This document shows, one piece after another, positions 11,781 through 24,000 of a stretch of 64,000 nt of DNA. Numbering within the stretch: position 1 is the stretch's first letter; every line of letters begins with the position of its first letter. The notes beneath the pieces were generated by a model that was not told the origin of the DNA, searched no databases, and saw only the letters and a list, made by a program, of their open reading frames with translations. The position numbers and the translations under genes were made by a program. The DNA comes from Camelus dromedarius. Lineage: Eukaryota. The stretch is from assembly GCF_036321535.1 (NCBI RefSeq), contig NC_087437.1, positions 61,258,001 to 61,322,000 on the forward strand. The letters run 5' to 3'.

Positions 11781-14700
11781 GTAAGATTTAAGTTGTATTA
11801 CTGTGTCACCAGTTTGGATGAATATGAAGTACACAAGAATGGCTTTCACCTAGTAAGCATGAAATAATACCTAAAGCGATCATCAGGTATTCATTTACAT
11901 TTGAAATGGTAGTCTTGAGGTATAACTGATCCCACAAAAGAAGGGTATATTCAGTCTTGGGTAGGGTTTTCATGGAAAATCTTATAAAAAGTTTCAGGGC
12001 ATGCTAAAGAGAGACAACCAAATAGATAAGATGAACTAAAGAAAACACGTCAGAATGTATACCAGTAGACACACGTAACAGAAACCCTCTGTGAAAAGGC
12101 TAAATGAGATGAAGAGGGCCAGTGTGATCCAGGCCTCATCTGCCATTGACACAACTGGGCACAGGGCAGAATGCTGATTTGAAAGGGGAACTTCTTTCTC
12201 CTTAAGAATGTATAGCAAGTCATAGCAATGGCCCAATAATAAGTATCGCATCTGGCCAAACTTTGTTTAAATGTCCCTATTCCCTTTCTTCTCCTTCATA
12301 ATGCTTTCTTTCCGTCTTTTAAAAAAATCTCAGTTTGGTGGAGAACCGCTGTCATATACCCGGTTTAGTCTGGCTCGGCAAGTGGATGGCGATAATAGTC
12401 ACGTGGAGATGAAACTAGCTGCCGATGAAGAAGAAAATGTTGACAATAACACGATGGGTAACCACACCAGTGTCACAAAACCAAGAAGGTTAAATGGATA
12501 TATCTGCTATGGGACTACTGCTATAATCATCTTTTTCTTGATTGGTAAGAGTGGCCATTCAAAACTTAAATGTTCCTTGTCACCAGCTCTAGGAATTCTC
12601 CTGATCCCGCCCAGCAAACATTTATTTCATACCTCTTTACATTCCATTATGCAAGGCACTAGGAATATAATGATGGCTAGGATTTTCTATACCTGCCTTT
12701 GAGGTTAGCCTGGTGGGAGAAGAGAGGTGCATGAATCATTTCAGTGTGATGTGCAAATGCTCCACTAGGAATATGTACAGGATATTGGTAGCATAGAAGC
12801 TTGACTGAGGATTCAAGGAAGGCTTCTGGGAAGAAAAGTTACCTTTGCTTTGAAAAGATGACTATTTAAAATAAAGTTATTATGTAATATATTGAATGGT
12901 TTAAAATAGACAAAACTGAGATGCATTGTTTAATTTTGAAACTGCTTACAATTTGATTTAAAACCAGTCTTTTCAAGGGTTAGTTCAATACATTAACAGT
13001 TCTTACAGGAATAGATTATAAATGAAATTCTGAATTCAGCTCTGAAACTTTTTATCCTTAGGATTTATGATTGGCTACTTGGGCTATTGTAGACGTGCAG
13101 AAACAAAAGCCCAATGTGAGAGACCAGCAGGAACAGAGTCTCCGTGCACAGAGGGTACAGAATCTTTTGAGCCAGAAGAGCACCTTCCTGAAACACCTCG
13201 TCTATTTTGGGCAGACCTCAAATCAATGTTGTCAGAGAGACTGGATACCACAGACTTCATCGGTACCCTCAGGTAAGCTTGAGCTACTTCACAAGTTCAA
13301 CCTCAACACCCAAACAAACAGTGATTATTAAGTGCAGTGAGATAAAACAAAGGTGATAATCTGGAGGAAAAGCTTTTTAAAATAGGGATCTTCCCATGTT
13401 TAGTTAGAGGGTAAAGAATCCGTAAAGAATTCAAACTATATTGATAGGGAAAAAAGTTAGAACTTTTGCATAACTCTCCTTTTTCCTAAGAAAATTCACG
13501 GATTCTTGATCATTTGGTTCTTTGTAGCTTGGTGCTTGCTGTCAGACTTTCTTCTGCTCTCATTTTCCATCTTAACCCCTTGTAAGTCATGCTGAGCCCT
13601 GCTACTATCCACAAGAGCACTGGTAGCCTTTTTCATCCTCTAACTCGGGACTAACTTGTCTGCCCATCTTGATACATCTCTAGTATTTCTTGATTTTTTA
13701 TGGTTCTCACTCAGTCATACTCCAAGAAGTGTCCTTAAGGTTTTTGTTCTTAGATTTTTAAGATCTTCCTTAAGATATATATCTAACTCTGCATAAAGAA
13801 CACCTCATCTTTCACCTTTTGCTAGCTTCCTATAGTTTCAATGGTACAGTAATTCTTCTGGTCTTAAATGAGGAATCTTGGTATTTTTACTTCATCTGAT
13901 GAGTACTTTTGTGTATACTGTGCACTAGGCATTATGGATAAAGTGAGGATATAGTCTACCAGAAAAAAAAAATTGTATAACTAATATGGGGTGTATATTT
14001 ACAAAGAGTCATGGGAACTCAGAACGAAGAGCAGTTTTCTTCCAGGGTATTCAGAATGCTTCAAAGTAAGTGAACTTGAAGCACTACATCTTGAGTTCAT
14101 CAATCCTGTTTCATTTCGCTTATAGCAGATCTCCTGGAAGCTGCTCATTTCCCCTAAAACCACCCTAAGCAGATATGTGATATTGGAATGGGCTTTACAG
14201 TAGATAAAGAAGTTTTAATAAGTTTGAAATCATAAATTCCTTCAAATATGGGCACACATTTTTTTTTCTTCTAAGTTTGTCTCTATCTGGTTAGTCCAGG
14301 ATTTGGGGTGCTTTTAAAACAATTTGCTTGATATTTGAGTTCATTGTTTATTTTCAGTTAAACGTCAGTTCATTTAACAGTGACTTTTTTTCTTCAGGAT
14401 GCTGAATGGAAATTCTTACGTCCCTCGTGAGGCTGGATCTCAAAAAGATGAAAGTCTTGCATTTTTCATTGAAAATCAGTTCCGTGAATTTAAACTCAGC
14501 AAAGTCTGGCATGATGAACATTTTGTTAAAATTCAGGTCAAAGACAGGTATGTTGAACAATAGTAAACTTATTTTATAGAAGCAGCTACCTTCAGGTGTG
14601 CTGATTATAGCTAAGACCTTTAAAATAAATAATGCAAGTCAAATGCTAAATGTGTTAAAGCCATTTAATTTTTCCCTAAGGATGCCTTAGCTTCATTTTA

Positions 14701-17685
14701 ACTTAATCTTTTTTTTTTTAGCAATGCTCAAAACTCGGTGATCATAGTGGATTCAAGCAGTGGCAGCTTGATACACTCGGTGGAGAATCCTGAGGGTTAC
14801 GTGGCGTATAGTAAGACTACGACAGTTACTGTGAGTAAGGCAAACCGTGCACGAGACTTCCCTGCTGAGTAGCTCGAAAACTCATTGTCTTTACTGTTCT
14901 TAGTAGTTACAGTATAAATTTACTTATAAAATGTAACTGATCATGGGATATTCTTGTTCTCAACCCTCCTATGCCACAATTAAAATAAAATCTCAAGTCC
15001 TCCTCTTGGTCAGCAAGGCCCAAAGTAATTCTACTGCTCTCTTCTTTGCTTACTCTGCTCTGGCCACTCATACCTCCCTGCTGTTCCTCAAACTCTCAAA
15101 CTCAAGCATAGTCCTACCTCAAGACCTTTATAGAAATCGTCTTTCCCTTTGCCTGGTCCACTCTTCCCTAAAATATCAGCATGGCTTTTCCCCTCACTTT
15201 GTGCAAGTCTCTTCTCCAACATTATCTTATCAAAAATGGCCTTCCTCTAATCATTTCTCCCCATCCTGCTTTACTTTTCTTCCTAGGACCCACAGCACCT
15301 GACATTATCCATTTGTTTCCACACTAGAATGTAAGCTATAGGAAGAGCTAGGGGTTGGTTTCATTTTCTGCTGTGTCTCAGAGCCTTGGACAGTGCCTGA
15401 TGCATGGTACTATTTGCTGAATGAATTCGTATATCAGATACCCCCTTATGTGGGGACAGATATGAATAACCATCTTCACTGGCATCTAATCTTAGCTTGA
15501 TTCTTTAATGCTTGATCTTTTAAAATTTAGGCAAATATGGCCAAACTACTATGGAAATTAAAAAACAGCTACATAAATCTATCTATGTTTTTAGGTTAAA
15601 AATTACATATTTGTGTGCCAGGGGTGTCTGCAGAGAATGCCTTCCAAGTCAAATGAAGTTTTACAGTGGTTCTGTGTCTTCTTAGTTACCTGTGCTGTAT
15701 CACTTTCCGTGGCTACCCACAAGCCAGTGGTTTGGAGATGGGTAGATTGTTCTATTAAAGAACATTTGGAGTTTTGGTTCACCTGCTAGCTTTCTATATT
15801 TAGATATTTGGTTGTTAATGTCAGTTTATGGCTGTACATGTGAACTCTGATGGAGTTAAGGAACATTATGATGACAGCTTATATAAACATCTACAAGTTG
15901 ATCTATGCAGGTCATTTTACTGTAAACCAACTTTTGGACAGATTTATTATCAGCATTTTCAGTTAATTCTTATGTATATATCCTCAGTTGTCTGGGGTTC
16001 AAGTGTGGGAACATTATATAATTCATGCTGCCATGGCTAGCCTACAATATTTATATTGATATATGTCTTTTTTTTTAAAAGATATCTTATTATCCTTTCT
16101 CTTCCTCCAAAATATCTGAAGGAATGTAAATTAATTGACGTAAATAGATCAATGTTAATTAGATTAAAGACATCATGGGATAATGAAAGACATGAATATA
16201 GGGGACCAGAAATCTTGACTTCGCTACTGTTAACCCTGACCAGTTTTGACTTTAGAACTCTTATATATCCTTTCTAGGCCCTGGTCTTTTTCTTCTCTTT
16301 CTTGGATATGACCTGTAAAATCATTTTGTAGCAGACTCTGGTTGTTCTAATACGATAATACTCATTGAATCTAATGTCTTTATTCTAGGGTAAACTGGTC
16401 CATGCTAATTTTGGCACTGAAAAAGACTTTGAGGATTTAAACACGCCTGTGAATGGATCTTTAGTGATTGTTAGAGCAGGGAAAATCACTTTTGCTGAAA
16501 AGGTGAGTATGAGTTATTAAATACATTGGTATCCTATCATTCTTTAGCTAAATGGTATTGTTGATTTTCTTACATTTTGAAAACCATCGGTCTTAAACTC
16601 TCATGCCTGATAACATAATTTATTAAAGTACTTTACATGCAAATAAAATAAGTTCCAATTATCTAAAGTTACAGGGTACTTCCAAAACTAGCCTATCCAC
16701 TTGGAGTATTTTGTGGCTGTTGTCTTTTGATGAAAATGAAGTAATCAGAAATACTTAAGTGAAAGAGGTTTAAATTATGTCTTTGTAACAGAGTTTTATT
16801 TATATGTATGTATAGAATTCATTTATAACTATGTTTTGTAAAAAGGAAAATTAAAAGTCAGACCTACACAAGGGCCTTGAATGGAGCGTATCAAAAGACA
16901 ATGGTTGTCTTGGATGGATAAAAGATATTTCTTTTATCTTTTGAACTCTCCTTAAGAGTTAGTTAAGTTTTGCTGTGCAGCCATATTGAACTGTTTTATT
17001 TTTTACTTTTTAAATTGAGATATAATTCACATACCATAAAACTCATCCTTTAAAGTGCACAATTCAGTTTTTAGTATATTCACAGGTTGTGCAACCATCA
17101 CCATGATCTAATCCAGGACATTTTCATTATCCCCTAAAGAAACCCCACACCCATTAGTAGTCACTCCCCATTCTTCACCTCCTCTTAGTCCGGGCAATCG
17201 CTAATCTACTCTCTGTTTCTATGGATTTGCCTCTTCTGGGTATTTTAAGTGAATGGAATCATACAACATGTTGCCTCTTGTGACTGGCTTAGTTTGCTTA
17301 GCATAATGTTACAGGTCATCCAAAATAACATTTTTGAAATGACATGGTAGAAATGGAAGAGAGGTTAGTGGTTGCCAGGAGTTGAGGGTGGGAAGGAAGT
17401 GGGTATGGATATCAAATGGCAATGGGAAGGATCTTTGTGGTGTCACAACTACTTTTCAGTATTTTGATTGATTGTTTAGAACTTAATATACACAAACACA
17501 CAAATGAGTACAAGTAAAACTGGGGAAATCTGAATAATATTAGTGGATTGTATTGTATCAACATCAGTATTCAGGCTGTTACATTATACTGTAGTTCTGC
17601 AAAATTTGACTATTGGGAGAAACTGGGCAAAGTTTATAATGGATCTCTCTGTATTATTTCTTTTCTTTTCTTTTCTTTTCTTTTC

Positions 17686-17720
<35 letters not shown>

Positions 17721-20700
17721 GTAAAAGTAGATTTATTTAGAAAGATATACACTCCATAGACAGAGTGCAGGCCATCTTAGAAGGTGAAGGAGCAAGAGAG
17801 GCCTCTCTGTATTATTTATCAAAACTGCAGATGAATCTATGATTATCTCAATAAAAATTTCAGTTAAAAATTTTTTAAAAAGTTAAATTTTAAGACAAGC
17901 TATTTGAAACATTGGAAGTACTGGTGTAGTCTTCTGTAACCTTTTGTCTTTCAGCATAAGTCCACTATGTATTCTAATTTTGGTTGATTAGATCTTCATT
18001 TTCTGAGCTTTACATGTTTTTCTTTAGGTTGCAAATGCTGAACGTTTCAGTGCAATTGGTGTCTTGATATACATGGACCAGACTAAATTTCCTGTTGTTA
18101 ATGCAAATCTTCCAGTTTTTGGACATGTGAGTTTTTGTTTCTTGAGTAAATGAGTTACTGGATTCTCCAAATTGTTGCTAGATTCCATCTACATTAATAG
18201 AAATAGAACTGTGCCTTCCTTAAATACTCTTTTTTTCTTGGAGAGTTTTAGCAGTAAGTGAAAAGATGACTTACATGACTTTGAGGCCTAATTATTACTT
18301 ATTGCTAAAAGAACTCTGTCAGTAGTATCTTGAGTTGAGAATTTGACATGCCATATGAAAACAAGAGTCGTGTGTTGTAGAACCGCTCAGACTTTCAGGC
18401 TTTAAGTTGCTAAACTAAACGCAGGTTATAGCCTTATAGTGTAGTTGGATCTTATAGGGATTTCTTGAATAAATGTCTGATAGAGCTAATTACTCTTTTA
18501 TTTTTCTAGGCTCATCGGGGAACAGGTGACCCTTACACACCTGGATTCCCTTCTTTCAATCACACTCAGTTTCCACCATCCCAGTCATCAGGATTGCCTA
18601 ACATACCTGTCCAAACAATTTCCAGAGCCGGTGCAGAAAAGCTATTTGAGTAAGTTCTTTCTTATTTGAAAACTGTCTTGAAGGGTCAAGTTTTCTGATT
18701 AGGGAGAAATAATAATCTGTTTAAGTTGATTTGATAACATTTAAAAATAATTGGCTATAATTTTCCACATTTGGGACATTTTGGAGATGGTTGGCTGGCT
18801 GTTAATTTGGTATAGATAAAAATGAAATTCTTCTTCCATAAAGTGATCTTAATAAGACATTGGATTTATAAACTCAAGGAGGCCTTGTTTAGTCTACCCA
18901 GTGAATTCCTTGTGTAATATTCCCCACATAGCTTGAGTACTTCCTGTGGTAAAGCACTTTGTTGCCTATGGCAACTCATTCAGTTATTGGAGAGCTGTTA
19001 GAATTCACAATGAGCTGAAATCTTATTCCCTGTAACACTCATTAGTCCTAGATTTTCTTTTTAGCAACAGAATGGTTCAAGTTTCCTTTTCTATAGATTC
19101 AATATCCTCAGTTCTCATGACAGTTTCCAGAGGCTTTATATTCATAATTAGTCTTTAATATCCTCCCTAATGTATTAGTATCCCTCTTTAAAAATAGAAC
19201 CCAGTCTGATTAGAGTACAAATCATTAATTTTTATCTTGGTATTGGCATGGGATGTCAGTCTAGTTTCAAACACTCATGTGAGCATTTATTGGCTATGTG
19301 ACATAGAACAAGTTACTCTAACCCCCTCTGGTCATGTTTCTTCGACTTCATTGGATAGCTAAAATATATTCTGCTTAGCAAGGTTATTGGTATCAAATGA
19401 AGAGCCTACATCTACGTGTAAGGACTTTGTAAAATCCTATGTGACTATTAATAATGCTGTCTAAAAGGTTTTTGTAACAGGTGATTCTTTTTGACTAAGA
19501 ATCAGCTAATTCTTCCTACCACCTACAAATCTTTCCTGACCTGTGAAGCCAGCTCCCTATCTTATTCTTGTGAAGTGGGGGTTAATAATGTTTTGACATA
19601 TTTACGTAAGCCCTTTTAGAGCAGTCATTGGTTGCATAACACATGAGGAATCAAATAGGAGAAGATATCTAACCTAACTACTATCAGCATGAGAGTATTA
19701 TTTTATAACTGAAATAAGAATATATACTACCCCTATTAGTGGGGAGAGCTAGGAAATAATATATTAATGGACTTTTATATAAGGACTTCATTCTGAGTCC
19801 ATCTTGGTATCTGTTTCAAACGTAAACTATAGCTGTGTCCCTAGCAGAAAGGCACACATCAGATGAGGAATAAATAATACATTTTTTAAAAAAAAATTGG
19901 TTAAACTAGGAAGTAACTCATGATTTTCAAATGACTAACCTACAGAGCAAAGTAAAACACAAATGTTTGGCCACTAGTGAGTAATTTTATATGGTCTCTT
20001 TATATGTCCTCTTAACCTAGAGCTTTACTGGACAGTAGGAAGGAATGATTTTGTAAACTTGGGCAAAGTAACAGTAACTCAGAACCCTGATCTCTGTTTT
20101 GTACCTGTAGAAATATGGAAGGAGACTGTCCTTCCAGTTGGAGAACAGACTCTTCATGTAAGCTGGAATCCTCAGAGAATAAGAGTGTGAAGCTCACTGT
20201 GAACAATGTACTGAAAGAGATAAGGATTTTTAACGTCTTTGGAGTTATTAAGGGCTTTGAAGAACCAGGTAAAGACCTTGGGGTTTTTGGTTTTTTGTTT
20301 TTTGTTTTTCTATTTTCTTCACTCTTAAGGATGTGGCCAGAGGGAAGGAGTGCAGGAAGGCTGACTTGGTTTGGTTTTGTGAAATGCTAAATCTTAGCTG
20401 TCCTAAAGTGAACTGCTCAGGTGTCAGTTTTATTGGGAGGTAATAAAGTCCTAGGATATTAACTTGTCAAAAATTGACCATCATGACTAGAAAATCTCAT
20501 TTAAGTTACTAAATAGGCCAGAGGTAAGCAAATTTCTTCTCAAGGGGGCAAATAATACACATTTTGTAGGCCATACAGTCTGTTGCAGCTCTTCAGCTCT
20601 GCCACTGTAGCATGAAAACAGCCATAGACAATATGTAACAGATGGGCCTGAAGGCTGTAGTTTGCCGATTTATCTATTTGAATGCAATCGAATAGTCATT

Positions 20701-20969
20701 TAGTAAGGAAAGCCCTTGGACTTCAGTGCTTATTAGATTGCAAAAGTAAGTGAATAAACTTAAATGGTAATGTAGGAAAAAAGAGTAGCAATACTAATAA
20801 GGAAAAAGATCTTATTATCATCTTGTGAATTTTTAATCCCTGGAGTTCTAAGTCAGATCTGAAGTAAGGCTCTCTCACCCATAATACATTTTTTTTTTCA
20901 ACCCTTCTACTAATGTGCTTATTCTGGACTTCAAGTTAGAAAACAGTTTAAAAACTGATTACCTAATTT

Positions 20970-21004
<35 letters not shown>

Positions 21005-24000
21005 AGATCGCTATGTTGTCATAGGGGCCCAGAGGGATGCCTGGGGTCCTGGAGCTGCTAAGTCCGGTGTAGGAACAGGTCTTCTGTTGAAACTTGCCCA
21101 GATACTTTCTGATATGGTCTTAAAAGGTAGAGTACAAATTTGAGGACCTGAACATCTATGTGCTATCTGTATTTCTAAATGTTATAATATGCTTTGTTCA
21201 CTTTTGCCTATATTCTTATGGTTCACTTGTGCTAGACCCTGAATTCTTAAGTACCAAGCAGGTTTGTATTTTGTTGTATCTGCCTTTGACTTTGAAACAG
21301 CTTTCTATGCAGTGTCTTCATCATATAGGGAATCTCTGAGACACTGGAAAGCATTATATTGGGCCCTAAAGTCTTCGTTTGACTTATCTGGAATGATATC
21401 GCAAATCTAACGTGGTCCCTGTGGAATCTATTTGAAAGCAAGCAGTGTCATACCTCTGTACTAATGTTCTATAGGTTTGTTATAAACTAATAATATATAA
21501 TTTTATATATTATATTTATACATATAATATAGAATACATATTTATACATTTGATTTATAAATATATAATAATATGTAATACATTTAGGGAAGAAAGGCTC
21601 AAGTGTTTCTTCCTTGGTACTTGCCACTCCGCTATCCCCACCTGCACATGCAAACCCCCATCACATTCTTGAATCTTTGGGTCAGAGGGTGAGTTGCAGT
21701 ACTTTTATACAAAAGTACATTAATGCAGAAAAATACATACCCAGGGAAAGGGGAGGGATGGAGGGTAGTGGCAAATAAGCCCCCAGAGTAGCTGTCACTA
21801 ATGTAATTTCTCTGAAAACTCACTCTTTCCTCAACTTAAATTTGTGAGTTTTAATTCTATTTCATAACAATTATTTTTAAAGTAATCTAGTGTTGTAAGT
21901 GACTTACCTCTAAGCAAACAGTCTTTAAAGAAGATACTTATACTGTGATTCCAAATATCTGGAAGTTAAGAGACTCCAAGAATGGAGTTGCAAGAGTGAC
22001 TTCTAGTAAGCTGTTCCCTACCATGTACTTAAGATCTTATTTGCAAACAATCTCCTATCCTGTTCTTTGTAAATTACTTTTGAAATTTATTCTTACTCCT
22101 TTTTTTGGTTCTTTCACCTGGGGCCTCAAAAGGAAAAGAAATATTTTTGCATCTGCAGTCTTGAATTAGTTACCTACCTATAACATTTCCCAGGATAAAA
22201 TTTTCTGTTGTCTTTTAGGTCAGTTTAAACCCAGCAGAAGCATTGTCTTTGCCAGCTGGAGTGCTGGAGACTTTGGAGCTATTGGTGCCACTGAATGGCT
22301 AGAGGTATTATCTATATATCATCTATACTCAGAATGGGCTCTTGAACTTTATGTTGGCTTAAGCTACCTAGAAACTGTGTTCTTTTTAGAGTTGATTATA
22401 TCATTTGTCTTTGTATATTTAGTTTCAATAGAATCCGGATTTAAATAGAAATCTCTAATAATAGCTACTGTCTGTGAGAATTAGATTAATACATATTAGT
22501 ACATTAGTATTTTTCTTTCTCTTCTAGGGATACCTTTCCTCGTTGCATTTAAAAGCTTTCACTTACATTAATTTGGACAAAGCTGTTCTTGGTAAGTATC
22601 CTTTCATTAGCTGTTTATAAATTACTTATAAAACAGCAGAAGAAAGCTTTTTTGTGTGTGTGCAGCACTAGTTTTTACAATTTACATTGGACGTAACCAG
22701 ATCAAAAGATTGACTTAGCTTTCTCTTAAGTAGTGTGTTAAATTACAGGATGGGTGTGGATTGCCTTGTCTAGAGCAGTGGTTCTTAATGTGGTCCCCAC
22801 ATCAACAGCATCAGGATCACCTGGGAACTGATAGAAATGCAAAATTTCAAGCCCTACCCTAGCCTTTTTGAATTAGAATCTGGAGCATAAGTCCAGCAAA
22901 CTGTTCGAACAACGCTCCAGTGATTCTGATGCACTGAAGTTTGAGAACCACTAGTTCAATATTTTGGACCAGAAGTAACTAAACCATACCAATAGAATGG
23001 TACTTCTAGAGACTAATTCACATTGTGCTAGATTGACATGGATAAAGATACCAGATAATCAAACTTCTAAAAGAGTTTGGTATTATTAAAGGTATAGATG
23101 TAGCCAGTGGATGAACTGGAGAATAATGAAATGTCTACATTGGGAAGAAAAAGGAAGGAGTTGTTTTAAACTAAATTTTATTAGTCATTGCCATTTTACC
23201 TTTCCAGCAGAATGTATTGACTATAGCAAACTTACTATAGCTAATAGATGGACTGCCCTAACATGGGTGAACCAGAAAGTTACCAAAAAACAAATTATTA
23301 ACATTAAATATACAAACTCAAAGAGTAAGAGTTCAGTTGAATGAAATTAGGTCAGCAGCAATAAAGAGCTTGACTCCTCGATCACTTTCTTGTATACTTC
23401 ATTACGAGGATAGTTGTTGTATATGCCACTGATCTAGATTATTGTCTTCCTGTTTGCCAAGTAGTTTTAGTTGTAGAAATAGCAGTGTGAAAATTGCTTG
23501 ACTAGAGAAGGAGCAATGAAAAAATAATCTCTTTGCAGGTACCAACAACTTCAGGGTTTCTGCCAGCCCGTTGTTGTATTCGCTTATCGAGAAAACGATG
23601 CAAGATGTGAGTATACTTAATTATGAAAGTGTAATGTAAAGTACACAAAAAATTAGGATGAAAAACATTGATATTTAAACCATTATAAGTAACCAATAAC
23701 AGGATTTTAGAATAAATTCTATAGCAGCATTAAAGTCATGCTCTTGGCTTATTTGCCCCAAGCCTTCTGAACCATGTGAAGTGAGGGAGGTGATATATGA
23801 AGGCTCTGATCTCAAACAATATGTAGTCTACTTAGAAATATATAGGAGAATTACATGAGGGCTAAGTGTACTGCAGGTGCCCATAAGGGGTTTTCTGTAG
23901 AATCAGTGTTAAGGAAGTTTTAAATGAACTTGAACTATACCTAAGACTTAAATAAGACCAGATGAAATACTCATTGAATAAAAACAGGGAGAATGACCAT

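Noticed and set aside
21480..21585. AT-rich quasi-palindromic stretch in intron 11
   Set aside because: Low-complexity (TA)-rich sequence with no specific structure.
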